Assembly (NCBI GenBank): GCA_028826165.1
Contig: JAPDFW010000114.1
Span: 966,942-1,030,941, forward strand
DNA length: 64,000 nucleotides
Direction: 5' to 3'
Source of the DNA: Anaeramoeba ignava BMAN
Lineage: Eukaryota > Protista > Anaeramoebae
The translations under genes were made by a program, and so were the position numbers. How positions within the stretch are numbered: position 1 is the stretch's first letter; each line of letters begins with the position of its first letter. This document shows positions 13,205 through 25,008 of the stretch, piece by piece. The notes under the pieces are model-generated. The model was not told where the DNA came from. It saw only the letters and a list, made by a program, of their open reading frames with translations, and searched no databases.

Positions 13205-16027
13205 ATGTTATTAAAAAGATTTTTCAGTCAAAGTTCAACAGGTTCAATGATAAATCGAGTGAATATTGGGATTTTTGGAGCGATGAATGCAGGAAAAAGT
13301 ACATTAATGAACTTAATTACACAACAACCAACAAGTATTGTTGATAAAAAACCAGGAACAACAGCAGATACCAAAATTGCTCTCATGGAAATTCATTCTT
13401 TGGGTCCTGTTAAATTGTTTGATACTGCTGGTTTAGATGAAATTGGTCCTCTTGGTTTAAAAAAAAAAGAAAAAACTGTTTCTGTTATTAAAGAAACTGA
13501 TCTTGTTTTATTGATTATTGATCCAACTGAAAATATTACTCTTGAAACTACAAATGAAATTTTACAAGTCTCAAAATTAAGAAGCAAAAAAGTAGATTTT
13601 TATTAATTCCAAAATTCAAATCAAAATCAAAATCAAAATCAATTAAAATCAAATTAAATTAAATTAAAATCTAAATCAAAATCAAAATCAAAATCAAAAT
13701 CAAAATCAATTTCAAATCAAATAAAATTAAAATTAAAATCAAAATCAAAATCAAAATCAAAATCAAATTAAATCAAAATTAAAATCAAAATCAAAATCAA
13801 AATCAAAATTAAAATTAAATTTAAATCAAATTAAATCAAAATCAAAATCAAATTAAATCAAAATTAAATTAAATTAAATTAAATCAAAATCAAAATTAAA
13901 ATCAAAATTAAATCAAAATCAAAATTAAAATCAAAATTAAAATCAAAATCAAAATTAAATCAAAATCAAAATCAAAAATTAAATCAAAATCAAAATTAAA
14001 ATCAAAATTAAAATCAAAATCAAAATCAAATTAAATCAAAATTAAATTAAATTAAATTAAATCAAAATCAAAATTAAAATCAAAATTAAATCAAAATCAA
14101 AATTAAAATCAAAATTAAAATCAAAATCAAAATCAAAATTAAAATCAAAATCAAAAATTAAATCAAAATCAAAATTAAAATCAAAATCAAAATCAAAATC
14201 AAAATCAAATTAAAAATTAAAAATCAAAATCAAAATCAAATTTAAATCAAAATCAAAATCAAAATTAAAATTAAAATCAAAATCAAATCAAAATCAAAAT
14301 CAAAATTAAAATCAAAATCAAAATCAAATCAAATCAAAATCAAAATTAAAATCAAATTTAAATTCAAAATCAAAATCAAATTAAATTGAAAATCAAAATC
14401 AAAATCAAAATCAAAATCAAAATCAAAATCAAAATTAAAATCAAAATCAAAATTAAAATTAAAATAAAATTAAAATTGTTTTATAGGTTTTGATTATTTA
14501 TAATATTTTTGCTGATAAAGTTAAAGCTTTTGAAGATTCAAATAACAAAACAATTAATCAAAGAATCAAGGAATTACATTCAAATTTTAAAAAACAATTC
14601 CGAAAGTAATTTATAAATAAAAAAGAAAGAAACTTTAGATAAATTAATAATTCATTTTAAAAATAGAGTGGAAAAATTAGAAGTTGATTTAAGTCAAAAA
14701 GATAGTGGAAAAATAATATTTGAATATATGAGAAAAAATTGGGCAGATTTTCAACCTGAAGTACCACTTCTTCCTTCAATAATTGGAGATGGAAATTCAG
14801 TTGTTTTTTTAAATATTCCAATGGATGAAGAAACACCAAGTGGAAGATTATTAAGGTTATTTAATATTTAATATTGAATATTTTATTTGAATATTTTATT
14901 TGAATATTTTATTTTGAATATTGAATATTGAATATTTATTTTTAATATTTAATATTGAATATTTAATATTGAATATTTATTTTTAATATTTAATATTTAT
15001 TTTGAATATTTAATATTGAATATTTATTTTGAATATTTATTTTGAATATTGAATATTTATTTTGAATATTTATTTTGAATATTTAATATTGAATATTTAT
15101 TTTGAATATTGAATATTTATTTTGAATATTTAATATTTAATATTTATTTTGAATATTTATTTTAATAGACCACAAGCAATGGCTCAAGAATTTCTTTTGA
15201 GAAATTGGATTTCAACTTTTGCATATAGAATGGATTTAAAAAAAGCAAGAAGTCCAAAAGAAGAAATAAGAAGAATAGAAAAAGAAAGATTTTTGAAAGC
15301 AATCAATTCAATCAAAAACAATTTATCATTATTAGTAACAGATAGTCAAGCTATTGATATAATTCATCCATGGACTCTTGATTCACAAGGAAATGAAATA
15401 GCAAATATTACTACATTTTCTATTATGATGGCAAATTATATGAGTGGAGGAAAATTAAATCGTTTTATTGAAGGATTAGATGCTTTTTCTAAATTGAAAA
15501 AAGGTGATAAAGTTTTAATTTGTGAAGCTTGTAATCATGATAGAATTCTTGATGATATTGGAACTAAACAAATACCTGATAAAATTAAAAAGAAATGGGG
15601 AGAAAATACAATAGAAATTGATTTTGCATTTGGAAGAGAATATCAAAATAAGAAAATTTCAGATTATAAAGGTTTGATTTAATTTAATTTAATTTAATTT
15701 AATATTTATTTAATATTTATTTAATTTTTTTTTATATTTATATTTAATTAGTTGCACTTCATTGTGGAGGTAAAAATAATAATTCATTTTATTATTTTAT
15801 TATTTTATTTTTTTATTTTTTGTTCCACTTTTTTTGATTAAAAATTTTTTGATTAAAATTTTTTTTATAATAAAGGTTGTATGATTGATAAACAAAAAAT
15901 GTCTTCTCGCCTTCAAGATTTAACAGATGCAGGAGTACCAATTACAAATTATGGAATTGTACTGTCTTATTTTAAATCAGATGAAGCATTAAAAAGAGTT
16001 CTTAAACCATGGATAAAGAAAAATTAA
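13205..16027 (+). CDS. hydF: [FeFe]-hydrogenase H-cluster maturation GTPase HydF with N-terminal organellar presequence
   Basis: G1 GAMNAGKS, G2 PGTT, G3 DTAG, VTDSQA, TTFSI, CEACNH and HCGGCMI..ITNYG (CxH..HCxxC FeS motif). The HCGG part lies in an 18-nt exon at 15752-15769. Approximate exons: 13205-13591, 14487-14605, 14668-14855, 15169-15671, 15752-15769, 15876-16027. Confidence 0.95.
13610..14480. repeat. (AAAATC/AAAATT)n tract inside HydF intron 1
   Basis: Lies between GT at 13592 and AG at 14485-14486. Confidence 0.9.
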
Positions 16028-16070
16028 AAATTAAAAATTTTTTTTTTCATTTTTTTTTTTCATTTTTGAA

Positions 16071-17118
16071 ATGGATCTTAATCAATTAAGACAAAAACAA
16101 ATTGATTTATTAAAACAAAGAAATCATGATATTACAACAATAAATAATAGTGAATTTCATTTACCAATTTCTTTAGATAATGGAATTACAAAATTAAGAG
16201 TGTATTAAAAATTTTTTTTTCTTTTAAAAAAAAAACAAAAAATTTATCAAAAATGCAAAAAAAAAAAAATATTTAATAAAATTATATTGATTTAATCAAC
16301 ATTGAACCCATACACACAACAAAAAAACAACATTAAGAATTCTGCCACAGAATTTTCCAATGGAACGACCATTAATTAAATTATCTCCACCTGTCAATCA
16401 CGCAATAGTGAACGAAAATGGCGATATCATAAATTACGAAGATTTGAATAAATGGACACAAAACTCTGATCTTGGGGTTATTGTGTACAGTATTAGCATA
16501 ATAGTTTTTACTGAGGCAACATTGGCTATTAACCCAGAAAAACCACGAACTAACTTCGAAACTAATTTTCAAGAGAAAGAAGAAAAATATGAAAAAAAAA
16601 AGAAAAAAAAAGAAAAAGAAAAAAAAGGAAATGAAGATTTTCCTGAATTGAATAATTTGGATAATACACAGTTGCAAAAATTCTTGAATGATAAGGATAC
16701 TTTAAAATATTTTATTGATAATCTTGATGAAGTGGTTTCAATGAGACAACTTCTTGAGCAATCAAGAGAAACAAATAATCATCTCGCAAAGAAAAATCTT
16801 TCACTTCAAGATTCTTTTTTGGAATCAAGAACAAAATTTATTTCAATGCAAGAACAAGTCAAGAAACAAGAGGAATTTATTCGCCAAAGTATTCAACAAC
16901 AAGAAAATTATATTAAAAATTTTACTCCAAAAACTCTTGCTAGAAAATGTGAAGATGAAATGTCAAAATTGGATGATGAATCTGAAGAAATTGCTCATAA
17001 ATTTTTATCAAAAGAAATTGATCATTCTGTTTTTTTGAAAGAGTTTTTGGAAAAAAGAAAGATTTATCATATTCTTGATGCCAAAATGAAACGTTGCAAT
17101 GGAGATCATATTTTTTGA
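16071..17118 (+). CDS. VPS37: ESCRT-I subunit Vps37-like (UEV-like N-terminus plus Mod(r) domain)
   Basis: Exon 16071-16201 spliced to 16338-17118 gives ..LRVILPQNFPMERP..; C-terminus LDDESEEIAHKFL..FLKEFLEKRKIYH matches the Mod_r/Vps37 domain. Confidence 0.8.
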
Positions 17119-17269
17119 AAAAGAAAAAGAAAATATTATTTTAAAATATTATTTTTACTTTTTCAAAAAACAAATTATTTCATTTTTTTTCATTATCATT
17201 TTTTTTTTTTGAATTAAATTCTTTATAAAAAAATTCAAAAACAAAATTTAAAAATTTAAAATTTAAAAA

Positions 17270-20200
17270 ATGGATATTCGTAAAGCTATTCAACAAAATG
17301 ATATTGAATTCATAAAACAAATTGATTCAATTCCTAAAGAATATTTTTTAAAACAATTAAATCCAATTTTACATTTTGCAATTAAAAAAAAAGTTTCAAA
17401 AGAAATGATTGAGATTTTAATTGAAAAAGGAATAGATCCAAATTCTCTTGATTATTTAAAAAGAAATTCCTTACATATTTTAGTTTCGAAAAAAACAAAT
17501 TTTGAAATGATTGATTTTTTAATTGAAAAAGGAGTTGATATTAATGCAAAAACTGAGAAAAATGAAACAGTTTTACATTATGCAGTTGAAAAAAATTCAC
17601 TTGAAATTATCAAATATTTAGTTGAAAAAGGTGTTGATATTAATCAAAAATCAGATAGAAGTGAAACAATTTTACATTATGCTTGTAAAAACGAAGATAA
17701 TCCCTTTGAAATTATCAAATATTTAGTTGAAAAAGGTGTTGATATTAATGCAAACTCAAAATGGGAAAATGAAACAATTTTACATTCTGCTTGTAAAAGT
17801 AAAAATAATTCACTTGAATTTGTTCAATATTTAATTGAAAAAGGAATTGATATTAACGCACAAACAAATTTTAAAATTGAAACTGCTTTGCATTTTGCTT
17901 GTAAAAATGAAAATAACTCATTTGAAATTATCAAATATTTAATTGAAAAAGGAGGTGATATTAATGCAAAAACAAAACAAAATGAAACAGCTTTACATTT
18001 TACTTGCCAAAATAAAAATAATTCACTTGAAATTATCAAATATTTAATTGAAAAGGGAATTGATATTAATGCAAAAACAGAACAAAATGAAACTGCTTTA
18101 CATTTTGCTTGTCAAAATAATTCATTTGAAATTATTAAATATTTAATTGAAAAAGGAATTGATATTAATACAAAAACAAAAGAAAATGAAACAATTTTAC
18201 ATTCTGCTTGCCAAAATAAAAATAATTCACTTGAAATTATCAAGTATTTAATTGAAAAAGGAATTGATATTAATGCAAAAACAAAAGAAGATGAAACAGT
18301 TTTACATTTTGCTTGTCAAAATAATTCACTTGAAATTATTAAATATTTAATTGAAAAAGGAATTGATATTAATGTAAAAACAAAAGAAAATGAAACAATT
18401 TTACATTCTGCTTGCAAAAGTAAAAATAATTCATTTGAAATTATTAAATATTTAATTGAAAAAGGAATTGATATTAATGCAAAAACAAAAGGGGATGAAA
18501 CTGCTTTGCATTTTGCTTGTAAAAATAATAATAGTTCATTTGAAATTGTTCAATATCTAATTGAAAAGGGAATTGATATTAATGCACAAACAGATTTTAA
18601 AATGGAAACCGCTTTACATATTGCTTGCCAAAATAATAATAATTCTTTTGAAATTATCAAATATTTAATTGAAAATGGTATTAATATCAATGCAAAAAAT
18701 GGCAAAATTGAAACTGCTTTACATATTGCTTGTTACAAAAAATTACCATTTGAAATTATCAAATATTTAGTTGAAAAAGGAATTGATATCAATATAAAAA
18801 ACTATTTTAAGGAAACTGCTCTACATCTTGCTTGCGAAAAAAAATTACCACTTGAAATTATCAAATACTTAGTTGAAAAAGGAGCAAATGTTAATGCAAT
18901 GACAAATCAAAAAAATAAAACAGTTTTGCATTATGCTTGCCAGCATAAAACATCACCTGAAGTTATTAAATATTTAATTGAAAAAGGAATTGATATTCAT
19001 GCCAAATCAGAAGCAAATGAAACAGCCTTACATTTCGCTTGTGGGAATGATGCACCATTTGAAGTTATTAAATTATTAATTGAAAAAGGAATTGATATTC
19101 ATGCCAAATCAGATCAAAATAAAACAGCTTTACATAATGCTGTTGGTCACAATAAATCACTTGAAGTTATTAAATATTTAGTTGAAAAAGGAATAGATAT
19201 TCATGCCAAAACAAAAAATGAAGAAACTCTTTTACATATTGTTTGTCAAAATTCAGATATTTCAATTGCCATTGTACAATTTCTAATTGAAAGAGGAATT
19301 GATATTAACGCTAAAACAAATGAAGATAAAACAGCCCTTTTAATATTAATTAGAAAAAAAAACTACAATCTTATTAAATTAATATTGATGCATGATCCAA
19401 ATATTTTTTGTTTTAAGCCAAAACAACAAGAGCAAGAGCAATATAAAAAACAACAAGAAATTACAAAAGAACTTGCTGATCCATTTTTTCGAGTTTATTC
19501 ATTAAATGAAGACATGAACAATCTATTAAAATCAGATGGTGATCATTTCTCAGATTTAAAAATTGAATCAAATGAAGGTTCAAAATTTAATGTTCACAAA
19601 TTGATTCTTTTAACAAGATTCAACAATGATGTTTCAATTTTACAAAAATTTATCAATATTTGTTTGCAAAAACCCAAACAAGATGTTGAATTAGCTTTGA
19701 ATTTTCTTTATACTGGTTTTCCTAATTTTGAAGAATTGAATCAAAAATTAAATCAAAAAAAGTTGGAAGTGTTTAGCTTAAGCTCTATATTTATCTTTTC
19801 GCCAGAACAAAAAAAATTAGAGGAAGAAATTAAAGCAGAAAAGGAAAAGGAAAAGAAAATTAAAGATATTTTCAAAAAAATTGGATTTGATTCTAATTGG
19901 ATAAATCAAAAAAAAGGAAGAATAGGAATTTTGAAAGATTTGCATCAATTATATCAACAAGAAACAACAAAAGATTTCACAATAATTTGTTCAGAAAATG
20001 ATAAAGAAAAAGAAATCAAAGTTCATAAATTAATTTTAATAATGAGAAGTGAATTATTTAAAGGGATGTTTGAATTAAATGTTTCAGACACTTCTAATCA
20101 AGTTCATGATTATTCAGGAAAGTCATTTGAAACGATTAATCAATTAGTTTATTTCTTTTATCATGATGAATTTGATGAAACAAAAGAAATTACAAAACAA

Positions 20201-20305
20201 ATTATTCAAGAATTTGGAGATTTAAAAGATTATTTTCAATTAAATCAAAATTCAATAATTGATTTTATTTTATTTTTATTAAGAATCAAAGGGAAAGATA
20301 TTTAA
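17270..20305 (+). CDS. Intronless ankyrin-repeat (about 20) plus tandem BTB protein
   Basis: 1011-aa ORF with repeated ETALHFAC..FEIIKYLIEKGIDINAKT units and C-terminal BTB motifs (FSDLKI..VHKLILLTR; KDFTII..VHKLILIMRSELFKGMF). Confidence 0.95.
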   Translation: MDIRKAIQQNDIEFIKQIDSIPKEYFLKQLNPILHFAIKKKVSKEMIEILIEKGIDPNSLDYLKRNSLHILVSKKTNFEMIDFLIEKGVDINAKTEKNETVLHYAVEKNSLEIIKYLVEKGVDINQKSDRSETILHYACKNEDNPFEIIKYLVEKGVDINANSKWENETILHSACKSKNNSLEFVQYLIEKGIDINAQTNFKIETALHFACKNENNSFEIIKYLIEKGGDINAKTKQNETALHFTCQNKNNSLEIIKYLIEKGIDINAKTEQNETALHFACQNNSFEIIKYLIEKGIDINTKTKENETILHSACQNKNNSLEIIKYLIEKGIDINAKTKEDETVLHFACQNNSLEIIKYLIEKGIDINVKTKENETILHSACKSKNNSFEIIKYLIEKGIDINAKTKGDETALHFACKNNNSSFEIVQYLIEKGIDINAQTDFKMETALHIACQNNNNSFEIIKYLIENGININAKNGKIETALHIACYKKLPFEIIKYLVEKGIDINIKNYFKETALHLACEKKLPLEIIKYLVEKGANVNAMTNQKNKTVLHYACQHKTSPEVIKYLIEKGIDIHAKSEANETALHFACGNDAPFEVIKLLIEKGIDIHAKSDQNKTALHNAVGHNKSLEVIKYLVEKGIDIHAKTKNEETLLHIVCQNSDISIAIVQFLIERGIDINAKTNEDKTALLILIRKKNYNLIKLILMHDPNIFCFKPKQQEQEQYKKQQEITKELADPFFRVYSLNEDMNNLLKSDGDHFSDLKIESNEGSKFNVHKLILLTRFNNDVSILQKFINICLQKPKQDVELALNFLYTGFPNFEELNQKLNQKKLEVFSLSSIFIFSPEQKKLEEEIKAEKEKEKKIKDIFKKIGFDSNWINQKKGRIGILKDLHQLYQQETTKDFTIICSENDKEKEIKVHKLILIMRSELFKGMFELNVSDTSNQVHDYSGKSFETINQLVYFFYHDEFDETKEITKQIIQEFGDLKDYFQLNQNSIIDFILFLLRIKGKDI

Positions 20306-21850
20306 ATCAATTCAAATCAATTCAAATCAATTCAATATTCAATTTCAAATTCAAATCAAATTCAATTCAAATCAATTCAAAATTTCAATTCAATTTCAAT
20401 TCAATTTCAATCAAATTCAATTCAATTTCAATTCAAATTTACCCAAATTCAATTCAAAAATCAATTCAAATCAATTCAAATTCAATTCAAAATTATTCAA
20501 ATCAATTTATTCAAATTCAATTCAATCCAACAATTTTTCAATTCAATTCAATTCAATTTAATTCAATTTAATTCAATTTAATTCAATTTAATATTTAATT
20601 CAATTTAATTCAATATTTCAATTCAATTTAATATTCAATTCAATTTCAATATTCATATTCAATATTCAATATTCAATATTATTTTTAATTTATTATTTAA
20701 ATTTCAATTATTCAATTCAATATTCAATTCAATTCAATTCAAATTCAATTTTAATATTCATTCAATATTCCAAATTTAATTCAATTTCAAAATTCAATTC
20801 AATTTTAATTATTCAATTCAATTTCAATTCAAATTTAAATTCAATTCAATTTAATATTCAATATTCAATTCATTTTAATTTAATTCAATTTAATTCAATC
20901 AATTTTTATTTCAATTCAATTTAATATTTAATTCAATTTAATATTTAATATTCAATTTGATTCAATTTAATTTAATATTCAATTCCAATTTAATATTTAA
21001 TATTCAATATTAATTCAATTTTTCAATATTCAATATTCAATATTTAATTTAATTCAAATTTAAATTATTTTCCAAATTCAATTTAATATTTAATATTTAT
21101 TTAATATTCAATTTAAATTAATTATTCAATATTCAATATTCAATATTTAATTTTATTCAATTTAATTTCAAAATTCAATATTTAATATTCAATATTCAAT
21201 ATTTAATTCAATTCAATTCAATTCAATTTAATTCAATTTAATTTAATATTCAATATTCAATTTAATTCAAATTCAATTCAATTAAAATTCAATTTAATAT
21301 TTCAATATTCAAAATTTCAATTCAAATTCAATTCAATTCAATATTTCAATTTTAATTATTCAATATTCAATTCAATATTTAATATTTATTATTTAATTTC
21401 AAATCAATTCAAATCAATTCAATTTAAAATTTAATATTTAATTTAATTCAAATCAATTCAAATTCAATTCATTTTCAATTTCAATTCAATATTTAATATT
21501 CAATTTAATTTAATATCAATTATTCAATTTATTTAATATTTAAATTTAATTTATTTTTTAATTTAATATTTAATATTAATTTAATCAATTTTTATTTAAT
21601 ATTTATTTATTTTTAATTTAATTCAATTTAATTCAATATTTAATTCAATATTCAATTTAATATTTATTTTAATAATTATTTATTTAATATTTATTTAATA
21701 TAATTCAATTCAATTCAATTCAATATTTAATTCAATATTCAATTTAATATTCAATTCAATTTAATATTTAATTCAATTCAATTTAATATTCAATTTAATA
21801 TTTAATTCAATATTCAATTCAATATTTGATATTTAATTTAATTCAAATAA
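20306..21850. repeat. Degenerate (AATTC/AATATTC)n low-complexity tract
   Basis: Read directly from the sequence. Confidence 0.9.
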
Positions 21851-21980
21851 ATTATTTCCAAATCATCCAAATGATTTTTTTTTGATGATGTGTCTGATTT
21901 TTTTTAAAAAAGATTTTTTTGTTTTTTTTTGTTTTTCATTTTTCATTTTTCAATTTTCCATTTTTTTTATCATTTAAAAA

Positions 21981-23566
21981 ATGTCTATTGAAAAAAGTAA
22001 AAAAATTCAAATTAATTAATAAAAAATAATCAAATTTTTAAATAAATAAAAAAAATAATCAAATTTTTAAACAAAAAAGAAACATCTAAAGCAATTACCG
22101 CAGAAATTTATAATGCTATAAAAGGTAGTTCTTTAATTAGAAAGATGTTTGAAGAAGGAGCAAGATTAAAAGTAAGTTTTATTTTTTTTAAGATAATTTT
22201 AATTGAATTTAAAATTTAAAATTTGAATTTTGAATTTATTTTTTTAGAAATTATATGGTAATGAAAATGTACAAGATCTTTCAATAGGAAATCCAACTTT
22301 AGATCCTCCTCAAATATTTAAAGAAAATTTACTTAAACATGCAAAAAATATTCCTCCTCAAGGTCATGGTTATATTCCAAATATTGGACTTCCTGAAACA
22401 CAAGAAGCAATAGCAAAAATGCTTTCCAATATTGAAAAAATAAATATTCCAAAAGATAATGTTATTGTTGTAAGAATTTTATAAAATCTTTTTTTTGCTT
22501 TTTTTCAATTAATTTTCCTTTCTCTTTTTTTTTGCTTTTTTTCAATTAATTTTCCTTTCTCTTTTTTTTTGCTTTTTTTTGATTGGTTTTTCGAATTTTT
22601 TCCTTTCTTTATTTTATTCATTTTCTTTGATAACAAAACCATAATTTTGCCTTTCAATAAAAACACAAAATTATCTTTAAAAAGACAAGCGGAGCTGCAG
22701 GGGGTATGAATATAATATTCAGAAGTATTTTAGAGCAAGACGATGAAGTGATCGTTTTGCTTCCTTTTTTCCCTGAGTATGAATGGTATGCTAAGAACTG
22801 GCGAGGAAAAGTTGTTAAGGTTGAAACTGACGAGAAGTTTCATCCAAATATTGAGAAAATTGAAGCCGCGATTACAGAGAAAACTAGAGCAATTATAATC
22901 AACTCACCAAATAACCCAAGTGGGGCAGTATATACACAAGACGAGATCAACAAAATCGGAGAACTACTTCGCAAATATTCGAAGAAACACGACAGACCTA
23001 TTTACATGATCTCAGACTCGCCATATATGCGATTGTGCTATGATGGAATTGAACCAGCTTCGATATTTTTAGCATATGAAAATTCGTTTGAGGTTGGATC
23101 TTTTAGTAAAGATATGAGCATTCCTGGAGAGCGTATGGGATATGTGATTGTGAATCCAAACTGTGAGTATTCCAAGGATTTGATTAATGCGTTTGTGCTC
23201 TGCAACAGGATTCTTGGGTTTGTCAACGCGAACAGATTTTTTCAGAAAATTATTGCTGATTCTTTACCGGCAATTGCTGATATCAAAATTTATGATAAAC
23301 TTCGTAAGATTATTTACAACGGTTTAACTGAATCTGGTTTTGAATGTGTTGAACCAAAAGGTGCTTTCTATATTTTCCCCCGCGCTCCTAAAGGTCATGA
23401 TGGTACTTCTTTTACTCAAATAATGGCAAAGAAAAATGTTCTTATTGTTCCTGGTGTTGCTTTTGGTTCTCCTGATTTCTTTAGAATTTCTTATGCTACT
23501 AATGAATCAACCCTTCGAAAAGCTATCCCATTATTTAAACAAGCTTTGGATGAAATACGCAAATGA
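21981..23566 (+). CDS. PLP-dependent class I/II (aspartate) aminotransferase, bacterial type
   Basis: Exons 21981-21996, 22080-22171, 22248-22469, 22685-23566 give [49 protein letters not shown], DSPY and SFSKDMSIPGERMG (PLP lysine). Confidence 0.92.
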
Positions 23567-23840
23567 TGATTTTTCTTTTTTCTTTCTTCTTCTTTTTTTT
23601 TTAATTACAAAATCCTTTTTTTTCTTTCTTTCTTTTTTTCTTTTTTTTTAATAACAAAAACATTTGAATTCGAAAAACGGATTCAATCAATTTAAATTAA
23701 AAAAAAAAAAGATCAATAAAATCCATTTAAAAACAAAATTTAAATCAATTTCTTAAAATAAATTTTATTTAAAAAAGAATTGAGAAAAATTTTTTCATTT
23801 TTTCATTTTTCATTTTTCATTTTTCATAAAATTTTTAAAA

Positions 23841-24911
23841 ATGTTCTTTAATAAACAAGGTTGGCAAAAAATCGAACCAATAAGCACAAAAAACCCACAA
23901 AAAAGAATCAAATCAGCAGGAATTTTAACAGAAAACGATGAATTAATAATATATGGAGGAGTTGAATGGGACACATATCAAGATCTATGGGTATTTGATC
24001 TACGACAAGCAAAATGGGAAGAAAAAGCAACAAAAGGAGAACGACCAGGGAATTTATTAGGACACACATGCACACAATATGGGAACAAAATGATTTTATT
24101 TGGGGGAATGAATGGAAAATGTTCAAACGAATTATACGAACTTGATTTGAAGACATTTGAATGGAAAAAACTAAGGAAATGCCCGTACAAAGGCAGACAC
24201 AGCCAAACAGCATGTCTTGAAGAAGAAACATCAACAATTTGGTTTTTTGGGGGATATTTAGGAAAAAGCGAAAGAAGTAACGAAATGATCACTTATAACA
24301 TAAAGAAAAATAAGTGGCATAAATACCATATGTACGGCGATGTACCGTCGCCAAGAAGCTCGTGCTCGGCTATATTATGGAAGCATTTCATCTATCTTTT
24401 TGCGGGTTATAATGAAAATGTTGGATATTATAATAATCTCTATTCTTTTAATACTCAAAATTTGACTTGGACTGAAATTGTTAAGCCAAATGCTCCTTCT
24501 CCAAGAGATCGATGCTCTTGTTGGGTGGATTATTCTCAGAACAAAATGATGGTGTTTGGAGGAATGACTGATGATGATTGTTTTTCTTCTCTTTATTCCT
24601 TTGATTTGGATTTCCATTTTTGGGAAGATATTACCCCTTATAATCTCATTAACCAACCCAAAAAAGACAAACCCCAATCAGTTTCATCTTCGAGTTTTGA
24701 AACACAGAAGAAGTTTCAATGGGCGCCGCAAAGTGGTGGTCATGTTGTTTGTTCTTCTCTTAGAACTCATTATATTGTTCTTTTTTCTGGTCAAAAAAAA
24801 ACTAAAAATAGTTTTGATTATTCTAATTCTGTTTATGTTTTTCAATCTTTACCTGATATTACTCAAGATTTACTTAATTTTGCTCAAGCACCAATTTTAC
24901 AAGATATTTAG
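23841..24911 (+). CDS. Kelch-repeat beta-propeller protein
   Basis: Repeated GG..Y/W kelch motifs (IYGG, LFGG, FFGG, LFAG, VFGG). Confidence 0.9.
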   Translation: MFFNKQGWQKIEPISTKNPQKRIKSAGILTENDELIIYGGVEWDTYQDLWVFDLRQAKWEEKATKGERPGNLLGHTCTQYGNKMILFGGMNGKCSNELYELDLKTFEWKKLRKCPYKGRHSQTACLEEETSTIWFFGGYLGKSERSNEMITYNIKKNKWHKYHMYGDVPSPRSSCSAILWKHFIYLFAGYNENVGYYNNLYSFNTQNLTWTEIVKPNAPSPRDRCSCWVDYSQNKMMVFGGMTDDDCFSSLYSFDLDFHFWEDITPYNLINQPKKDKPQSVSSSSFETQKKFQWAPQSGGHVVCSSLRTHYIVLFSGQKKTKNSFDYSNSVYVFQSLPDITQDLLNFAQAPILQDI

Positions 24912-25008
24912 AAAGAAAAATAAAAATGAATTAATTTTAATTTAAATTTTGATTTTAATTTTGATTTTGATTTTAATTTAGATTTTGATTTAAATTTTGA
25001 TTTAAATT

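Noticed and set aside
23908-24945. Overlapping alternative or antisense ORFs in the kelch, aminotransferase, Vps37 and hydrogenase genes
   Set aside because: Shadow ORFs with no recognisable motifs, overlapping well-supported genes
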